DNA of 24,000 nucleotides from an uncultured Tangfeifania sp. (GTDB lineage Bacteria; Bacteroidota; Bacteroidia; Bacteroidales; Prolixibacteraceae): NCBI GenBank assembly GCA_964528535.1, contig CAZGSQ010000019.1, positions 10,605 to 34,604 of the forward strand, read 5' to 3'. Shown piece by piece: positions 8,192 to 14,372 of this stretch (position 1 is its first letter; each line of letters starts with the position of its first letter). The notes under the pieces were generated by a model. It saw only the letters and a program-made list of their open reading frames with translations, ran no database searches and was not told where the DNA came from. The position numbers and the translations under genes were made by a program.

Positions 8192-10711
8192 TTATGGACT
8201 TACCATTTCCTGAATCGCCCTTTCAAATTCCCCGTCGTTCCAAACTTGCTTTATCCGGTAAACAGGTTTCTCGTTTAGTTCATCAATAGCATCATGTGCA
8301 AATTTTGCAAAGATGTTTTTCCCTGAACCTTCAACCTTATCAAAAAATGCCTCTCCTAAAATAAGTCCGATTTTGGCAAAATCACCATAGAAATATTCCT
8401 GTAGGAGCGGCAAGATGTTTTGATGGAATACCTTCTTTAAACAGGCTAGATCGTCCACTGAAAGAAAATAACTATGACCTATAAGATGATCCTTGTCCAA
8501 CAGTTTTTCAATCCTTGCATTCACCGTTCTCATTATCCTTTCAAGCGTGATGCCATCAATAACTTCATTTTCAAGTTCTGGAAGATCATACTTTGGAGGC
8601 ATTTCAATAAATGTAAATCGGCGCCTAAGAGCAGTATCCAATGCTTCGACACTGCGGTCCGCAGTATTCATGGTGCCAACTATGTACAGATTAGGTGGTA
8701 TTGAGAAATCTTTCTTTTTACTATAGGGTAAGGTTACTGTTATTGATTCTTTGTTTCCAAATCGTTTATCTGTTTCTATTAGTGTTATAAGTTCTCCAAA
8801 GATCTGAGCAACATTTCCACGATTGATTTCATCGATGATCAGGACGTAATTTTTTGGCTCAACTTTGGTTGATTCTTTTCCAAGGCCGAGAAGATTACCT
8901 AACAATGCTTCATAGTATGGCTGAAGTCCTCCTTTGATAATTTGATTTTCACCAGCATCGTACATCGATTTTAGTGTATTGACACTAAGAGTATGCTTAC
9001 TATCCCCACTGTTTTTGTCAAAAAAGATGGTCCGGTCATTTACATGTACAATTTGATAGGTTGACTGCTTCATTTTGACCGGAATAGTCTCTTCTTCATT
9101 TAGCGGAGATAAGAATTTCACCCATACGGTTTCAAATAATTTCTTCCCAGTTTGCAGTTTTGAGTTCTTGAAATTTGTTAAAGCATCATCAACGAGTAGC
9201 CTAAATACACCTCTTTGAACATCATATAGCAATTGTCCTTCAGCTTCGATTGGCTTAATTCCTTCAATAAAATCCTCATAACTCATGCTCTGGTGAAACG
9301 TGGTAAATACAACTTGGCCGGAATCAACATATGTTTGAAATCGTTTTACTATTTCTGGCCTGTTTTCATTGCTTTCTTTTTCAATCGCTTCTAACTCTTT
9401 ATTTTCAACAATGGCCAATGCATGATTTATTGAGTTGTAAGTCTTCCCAGTACCGGGAGGACCAAAAAGAATCTGGTTAAGTGAATACGCAGTCTTTTTT
9501 GATTTAGGCATCTCAGTCGCAGATAAGCCATTGATAATTGCCATTAACCTTTCAAAATAGAAATTGTAATCCGGGTGATTTGATGAATATTCTGAAATAT
9601 CTGTTAAGGTCTTTTGCACAAGTTGAAATTCAGTTGTCCAATTACCGGTCTTTTCCCATTTAACCTTTCTGCAACTTTTATATTTCCGTCGTTCATCATC
9701 GAAATAATAATCTGACACAACAATTCCATAGCCAAGGAGCGATTTTTGTTTTGTTTTAATGATTATTACATCTCCAACCGACATTTTATTGGCAAAGTCA
9801 TCACAAGCTGTTGCATCATTCTTTTTTGAGCCGGGATTTTTCACATTTGCCAACTCCTGAAGACGTTTTGCAATTGCAGGTTTGTTTTTATAACCTTTTA
9901 GATCGCCGAGTGCATCTGCCTCAATTCCAATAATACTAAGAGATTTAAACTCTTCCCACATTTCAGCCTGGGTTCCCGGAGCAAATAGCCAATACTTAGT
10001 TGAAGAAGCTGGTTCTGCTACTCCTTTTGTTTTTTTACTATCTACCCATGCTTCAAAAGATAATTCAGGATAAGATTTCTCTGGGATGAAATTTTTAAGA
10101 TTCCGGATATATGTTAAATAGTCAGAAAAGCTCGCTACATTAGTATATGAAAATCCCTTTTTCTTAAGGTATCCGGTTATTACTCCATCACAGGCAGCAA
10201 ATCTTTCAGGATTTATCCAATAGAGTCCAATCGAAAGATAAGGTGCAGCCACACCTCTGATTTTCAAACAGCCATTAAATAATTCTTCAGTAATAGTATC
10301 CGGATCACTTATTGCCAATTCGGCAATATTCCAAAGCATTGGAATGTCTTCGGTTGTGCGGTCCTTTTCGTATGCAAAGAACCAGGAATGCAAATTATTC
10401 ACAACAGGTATCCCATTAAAGTCTGATGGTACTTCTGCTGCAATGTCAAATTTTGTCTTGACTTTTTTTAAAATTGAAACTCTGTATTTGTCCGTGATTC
10501 CGCGATTAAATGAGGCAAAAAAGGTAAAAAAGTCAATGGCATTCAATTTTATATTATTGCCCTGTGAATCAATATCATTTGTTGGAATGGAGGGCATTCC
10601 TTCACTTTTAAGATTCTCCAGAAAATCGATAAGCTCAGTCTGCTTATTCCTATATAACATGAGCTTGTGGGCCAGCTCCTTATAGAAAGGAATCCATGTG
10701 AAGTTTGGCAT
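8192..10711 (-). CDS. mcrB: McrB-like AAA+ GTPase subunit with a long N-terminal extension
   Basis: 839 aa. Walker A is LFGPPGTGKT (nt 9440-9463). Walker B and the McrB signature read LIIDEINRGNVAQIFGELITLIE, followed by GTMNTADRS and ALRRRFTFIEM. About 410 aa precede the AAA+ core, including a YWLFAPG...MSVGDVIIIK...LLGYGIVVSDYYFDDE segment (nt ~9644-10000) that looks PUA/EVE-like. Confidence 0.85.
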   Translation of the reverse strand: MPNFTWIPFYKELAHKLMLYRNKQTELIDFLENLKSEGMPSIPTNDIDSQGNNIKLNAIDFFTFFASFNRGITDKYRVSILKKVKTKFDIAAEVPSDFNGIPVVNNLHSWFFAYEKDRTTEDIPMLWNIAELAISDPDTITEELFNGCLKIRGVAAPYLSIGLYWINPERFAACDGVITGYLKKKGFSYTNVASFSDYLTYIRNLKNFIPEKSYPELSFEAWVDSKKTKGVAEPASSTKYWLFAPGTQAEMWEEFKSLSIIGIEADALGDLKGYKNKPAIAKRLQELANVKNPGSKKNDATACDDFANKMSVGDVIIIKTKQKSLLGYGIVVSDYYFDDERRKYKSCRKVKWEKTGNWTTEFQLVQKTLTDISEYSSNHPDYNFYFERLMAIINGLSATEMPKSKKTAYSLNQILFGPPGTGKTYNSINHALAIVENKELEAIEKESNENRPEIVKRFQTYVDSGQVVFTTFHQSMSYEDFIEGIKPIEAEGQLLYDVQRGVFRLLVDDALTNFKNSKLQTGKKLFETVWVKFLSPLNEEETIPVKMKQSTYQIVHVNDRTIFFDKNSGDSKHTLSVNTLKSMYDAGENQIIKGGLQPYYEALLGNLLGLGKESTKVEPKNYVLIIDEINRGNVAQIFGELITLIETDKRFGNKESITVTLPYSKKKDFSIPPNLYIVGTMNTADRSVEALDTALRRRFTFIEMPPKYDLPELENEVIDGITLERIMRTVNARIEKLLDKDHLIGHSYFLSVDDLACLKKVFHQNILPLLQEYFYGDFAKIGLILGEAFFDKVEGSGKNIFAKFAHDAIDELNEKPVYRIKQVWNDGEFERAIQEMVSP

Positions 10712-10770
10712 AAACTAAGGTTTAGTGAATGATAAAGATACCTAAAAAACAAGCTTGTATCTAAGAAAAT

Positions 10771-11757
10771 TTACACAGTCACCAATCCAAAAGCATAATG
10801 GAAAGGAATGATTCTTTTCACATCAATATTTTCTATCCAGGCGGGTTCCTTGTGACTGATCTCAGCTATTTCGCCTGCACTTGTCTCCTTAAATTTTTCG
10901 GCAATGTATCTCAGAGAGTTGAGTTCTGATGCAGAAAACAAGGATTCATCAAATTTTATTTTACCAGAAGGAAGAATCCGCTCAACTTCACCATAACTTG
11001 TTAAAGCATAATCTTTACTGATAATTCCTTCTTCCACCAAGGCCTCAAACAAGTATTCATAATGATTAGGTACTGGACCATGGGGTATTGCGACGTATTT
11101 TAATCCTGTTATACTTTGAGCGGAATCTCTGAAATTTACAAAATCTACGTAGAACAATAGTTTGTTCAACTTAGTCTTAAATGGCTGCATGAGTTCGGCA
11201 AAGAATAGAATTATCTGTTTTGTTTTCTCCGCATTAAACGCTTTAAACCCAGTTGCTATATCAGGTTGACACTGAAACCTCGATAACTGATCAAAACTGA
11301 AACAGTTGTCAGTCTTCAATTTCTGAATGCGCTTTATCAATATCTCGCGTTCTTTTTCTTCCAACTCGCTGTTAAGTTGGATTTGCTGTTCAAAAACTTC
11401 AGGCATGCTCATTAGTTGAATCAAACCTGCATTTGCCTTCGATGGAACTTCTCCAGCTTCATAATTTCTCCATGAATTTGCTCCTAGGCCCAAAATTTCA
11501 GATATCCTCGCTGCTGAGAGATTGTACTTCTGTCTGATTTCCAGTATCTGTTCGGGGAAGGGAATGTGATGTCTTACCCTGTATTGGTTAACTACTTGAC
11601 GGTAATTTAATTCTGAATAATGTTCATCTTCAAAACGCTCTCCTGATTCCTCGCATAGATAAATATGAAACAGAACTGGAAAGGATTCTTTCCGGTAAAT
11701 CATGTCGCGCATCTCTTTGCTGACTTTCATTTCATTACCTGTAATTGGGCTTTTCAT
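10771..11757 (-). CDS. Three-module antitoxin: degenerate MqsA-type zinc ribbon, XRE/MqsA HTH and a Panacea (DUF4065, SocA/GepA-like) domain
   Basis: 328 aa. The N-terminus MKSPITGNEM...IYLCEESGERF aligns by eye with E. coli MqsA MKCPVCHQGEM...LYCVHCEES, but only 1 of the 4 Cys is retained. The HTH reads LSAARISEILGLGANSWRNYEAGEVPS (compare MqsA FGGGVNAFSRYEKG). The C-terminal KLNKLLFYVDFVNFRDSAQSITGLKYVAIPHGPVP is the hallmark opening of DUF4065/Panacea (nt ~10828-11235). Confidence 0.7.
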   Translation of the reverse strand: MKSPITGNEMKVSKEMRDMIYRKESFPVLFHIYLCEESGERFEDEHYSELNYRQVVNQYRVRHHIPFPEQILEIRQKYNLSAARISEILGLGANSWRNYEAGEVPSKANAGLIQLMSMPEVFEQQIQLNSELEEKEREILIKRIQKLKTDNCFSFDQLSRFQCQPDIATGFKAFNAEKTKQIILFFAELMQPFKTKLNKLLFYVDFVNFRDSAQSITGLKYVAIPHGPVPNHYEYLFEALVEEGIISKDYALTSYGEVERILPSGKIKFDESLFSASELNSLRYIAEKFKETSAGEIAEISHKEPAWIENIDVKRIIPFHYAFGLVTV

Positions 11758-11762
11758 ATTTC

Positions 11763-12110
11763 TTATTTAAAAGGGTAGTTCATAATGTATTCGGCGGGAT
11801 GGAATGAAATGCAAATGGTTTCTGAACTGAATTTACCCATGCTAATTTTAATATAAATTTCTGTTCCTTTCATATCCTTGCCAAATACCCACATTGGTGG
11901 AATACCATATATCTGATCTTCAATAGGACCCTGTGAATAATCCTCACAAGTTAATTTTTCAATAATCTCTTTTCTTCTGTTTGAACTAATTTCCAAATCC
12001 AAAAGTGCCTGAGAATTTTTTCCACGCTCGTCCCAAAAGATGATGCGGAAAGTCCGAAACTTTACTTTAAAGTCGCTTAAAAAATGTTCAACCTCTTGTT
12101 TGGTTGCCAT
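11763..12110 (-). CDS. MqsR-like toxin (putative mRNA interferase)
   Basis: Small ORF 5 nt upstream of the antitoxin, in the toxin-first order of mqsRA. By eye it aligns with MqsR: ALLDLEIS / ALLNADELGL, LTCEDYSQG / LSESDFYKS, TEIYIKISM / GQVYLKITV and ICISFH / LIVSFK. The ORF track starts at a TTG (12119); the ATG at 12108-12110 (MATKQEVEHF...) is the more likely start. Confidence 0.55.
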   Translation of the reverse strand: MATKQEVEHFLSDFKVKFRTFRIIFWDERGKNSQALLDLEISSNRRKEIIEKLTCEDYSQGPIEDQIYGIPPMWVFGKDMKGTEIYIKISMGKFSSETICISFHPAEYIMNYPFK

Positions 12111-12116
12111 CGGCTG

Positions 12117-12124
12117 CAAAATTA
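12117..12124 (-). promoter_or_regulatory. Candidate Bacteroidetes -7 promoter box (TAATTTTG, matching TAnnTTTG) for the toxin-antitoxin pair
   Basis: The plus strand reads CAAAATTA at 12117-12124, which is TAATTTTG on the minus strand. It lies 6 nt upstream of the ATG at 12110, implying a leaderless or very short-leader transcript. A single motif match in AT-rich DNA. Confidence 0.3.
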
Positions 12125-12142
12125 GATTAATATTTGTAAATA

Positions 12143-12156
12143 CAACTTTAAAGTTG
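12143..12156. promoter_or_regulatory. Perfect 14-bp palindrome CAACTTTAAAGTTG, a candidate antitoxin operator
   Basis: Its reverse complement is identical to itself. It lies 33 nt upstream of the toxin ATG. Its shape recalls the E. coli MqsA operator half-sites ACCT-N-AGGT. A second inverted repeat, ATGTT-ATTA-AACAT, follows at 12158-12171. Confidence 0.35.
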
Positions 12157-12207
12157 AATGTTATTAAACATTTTTGTAATTAATTAACCTTAAAGTAGTG
12201 TTCTCAT

Positions 12208-14361
12208 TCAATATGCAACTACCATTTGAACAATTTCTTTTAGACCTTCATCAACCTTAAAAGCAATTGTTGGCTCATCAAATGATTGATTCAATATATA
12301 ATCAAAAGTTTCTGAATACTTAAATTCAATCCCTTCAAATAGCTTACACCAGAGATTCCTTGCCAAAAGGTAGCGAAAAGTAAGTATTCTGATTTGCCTT
12401 GGCGTTAGTTCCGTTTTAATGAGAGAAATCTTTTGTTTGAGTAGATCAATTTCAAACGGACGTAAACTATAGATATTAAGAACAATCTCCTGCTTCACTA
12501 TTGTTTTCTTTCGTTCTGATGGTATTCCTTGTACTTCTTGTTCTAAAATATCAACTTTGTCCTTCTGATCTGAATCAGGGATGATTGTAATTTGGCCAAT
12601 AAATTTTCCCGATCTTTGCTTTGAACTATTAATTTGGTGGGCTAGTTTTTCAATAAAGAAACATCTTTGTTCTTGCGATATCGGAGGTAACTTAATTGCT
12701 GAGATTAATAGCTTATCAAGGTATTCAACACTTAGAGTCTCTAACAATATATTATTCCTTCTTTCTCTGTATTTATGTTCAATTGCCTCCCTTAAAATGG
12801 AATCATCAACTGCAATTAATACCACTATATGCTTATTTATCGCTGGATCATCAAGCATAACTCTTAATGCATCAACTATTTCAATCATTCGATCTTCCGA
12901 ACAACGATCCAAATCATCGATAAATAATAACAATCTCTTTTTATTAATTTCCTCCCACTTGAACCTTTTCCAATCCCATTTCGTCCTTTTCAATCTTTCG
13001 GTCCAAGACCGTATAACAAAAACCAATTCTTTTTGTATTTCAGCTTGCACACCTAAAACATTCCTAAAAGATGGTACACTTGTAATCGAATCAAATATCT
13101 TTAATGCTGGCTTACTAGAAAACCTTATAAATGAAACAACTTTATACACCAGAATCGTAAAGGCCCAAATTCCCCCAGCCCATTTGATCAGTTGAAGTAA
13201 AGAATTAACCTTTGCCTCAAAAGGAATTATGAAAAATAAAATGAAGCCAATTATAATTAAGATAAGGGGTATAATCCAACTTTCCCAATGGCCTTTTTTT
13301 TCAATTGATAAACATAAAATTCTAAAAGGTTTGTTCCACCACTTTACATTTAAATATCCGCCAATAATAGTTTCAAAAAGGTAAGCCCAAATGGAAGGTG
13401 TACTTTGATACCTCCAAGCTTGGAATTGAACATATAAAAAATCTGAATCTGGGTTTGGAGTTTCCTTCTCAAAATCAATTTTTAAATGTTTACACACTTC
13501 TTTAATGAAGTATGTCTTCCCTCGACCCCACTTGCCAAATAGGCCAACCATTTGCCCACTTTCATCCTCAATATTTTTCAAATGATTCGCAAAAACTTCA
13601 GCAATTTTTTCAACGTTAAAGACTGGGCTAATAGAATTATCAATTATACTACCAGTAAATTCATTTGGGAAATAAGGTTCATTATCAGGAGTCACATCCG
13701 GAATAATTCCGGAGTTACCAGAAGTACCAGAAGTACCAGATGGCCCCGGTGGTCCTTGAGGACCTTGTAGACCGGAGGTAACTGAAGTGCCTGAAGTGCC
13801 TGAGGTCCCGGATGACCCCGGTGGCCCAGGAGGACCTTGTGGCCCTTGTGGCCCTTGTGGACCTGAAGTGCCTGTAAGAGTACCTTCAACTATACTTTTA
13901 GAGGTTTTGGCTCCTGAAATCGAATCGTTCCCAGATGATTTTTCACTAATGCTTGCATTTCCTACTTTGCTTTCTATTACATTATTATTATTTGAAAGTA
14001 TTTTTTCAAGCCTAATTCCAAAGGATTCAGTTACATCTTGTCCTAATTCATTAAAAATTTCTTTATGATTTCCTCCATTGTTCAATCTCTTATCGACCTC
14101 TTTGATATAATCAGATTTTCTAGCAGTTGGATTACTCGTTATGAAATTTGAAAAATCATAAATACGATAAGAATTAGGATCAATTATTTCAACTTTTTTA
14201 TTACCAATCGGTTGCTTACCAAATTTTTTTTGTTCAAGGTAATCAAAGTACTGAAAAACTTCTTCCTTTGTTATAACACTAACAAATACATCATTAATTA
14301 GATCGTTAAAATGCTCTTCTCGCTCAACAAACAAATTAAAGTATTCGGTTTTTTGTTCCAT
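12208..14361 (-). CDS. KAP-family P-loop NTPase with transmembrane helices inserted in the NTPase domain and an N-terminal collagen-like tract
   Basis: 717 aa. Walker A is GLFGKWGRGKT (nt 13513-13545). Two hydrophobic helices, WIIPLILIIIGFILFFIIPF and WAGGIWAFTILVYKVVSFI (nt ~13126-13281), lie between Walker A and Walker B (LLLFIDDLDRC, nt ~12904-12933). That arrangement is the defining KAP architecture. Residues 160-218 are Gly-X-Y repeats. The start codon is 11 nt after the hsdS stop. Confidence 0.8.
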   Translation of the reverse strand: MEQKTEYFNLFVEREEHFNDLINDVFVSVITKEEVFQYFDYLEQKKFGKQPIGNKKVEIIDPNSYRIYDFSNFITSNPTARKSDYIKEVDKRLNNGGNHKEIFNELGQDVTESFGIRLEKILSNNNNVIESKVGNASISEKSSGNDSISGAKTSKSIVEGTLTGTSGPQGPQGPQGPPGPPGSSGTSGTSGTSVTSGLQGPQGPPGPSGTSGTSGNSGIIPDVTPDNEPYFPNEFTGSIIDNSISPVFNVEKIAEVFANHLKNIEDESGQMVGLFGKWGRGKTYFIKEVCKHLKIDFEKETPNPDSDFLYVQFQAWRYQSTPSIWAYLFETIIGGYLNVKWWNKPFRILCLSIEKKGHWESWIIPLILIIIGFILFFIIPFEAKVNSLLQLIKWAGGIWAFTILVYKVVSFIRFSSKPALKIFDSITSVPSFRNVLGVQAEIQKELVFVIRSWTERLKRTKWDWKRFKWEEINKKRLLLFIDDLDRCSEDRMIEIVDALRVMLDDPAINKHIVVLIAVDDSILREAIEHKYRERRNNILLETLSVEYLDKLLISAIKLPPISQEQRCFFIEKLAHQINSSKQRSGKFIGQITIIPDSDQKDKVDILEQEVQGIPSERKKTIVKQEIVLNIYSLRPFEIDLLKQKISLIKTELTPRQIRILTFRYLLARNLWCKLFEGIEFKYSETFDYILNQSFDEPTIAFKVDEGLKEIVQMVVAY
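13708..13884 (-). repeat. Collagen-like Gly-X-Y coding repeat built from short 9-bp tandem units
   Basis: The protein reads G-PQ-G-PQ-G-PQ-G-PP-G-PP-G-SS-G-TS-G-TS-G-TS-V-TS-G-LQ-G-PQ-G-PP-G-PS-G-TS-G-TS-G-NS-G, with one Gly-to-Val interruption. At DNA level there are three 9-bp tandem blocks: ggcccttgt x2 plus the variant ggaccttgt (~13832-13858), ctgaagtgc x2 plus a variant (~13782-13808), and ccagaagta x2 plus a partial copy (13718-13740). Confidence 0.85.
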
Positions 14362-14372
14362 ATAAACAAAGT

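Noticed and set aside
12111-12119. TTG start (12119) for the MqsR-like toxin
   Set aside because: An ATG lies three codons downstream (12108-12110), and the candidate -7 box overlaps the TTG. The ATG start is preferred, though this remains unproven.
12581-13195. 204-aa plus-strand ORF antisense to the KAP NTPase gene. Similar long antisense or alternate-frame ORFs lie at 16351-16917 (in hsdM), 19297-19917 (in hsdR), 1656-2180 (in the DUF5916 gene) and 21639-22010 (in mnmE).
   Set aside because: Each lies wholly inside a longer ORF with clear family motifs. Their translations are low-complexity or compositionally odd, and none shows a recognisable domain. They are treated as shadow ORFs.
13692-14068. 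Repetitive ORFs in other frames or on the other strand over the collagen-like tract (HKGHKGHK..., PGGPGGPCGPCGPCGP...)
   Set aside because: They are by-products of the 9-bp tandem DNA repeats. The minus-strand frame that continues into the KAP NTPase motifs is the real one.
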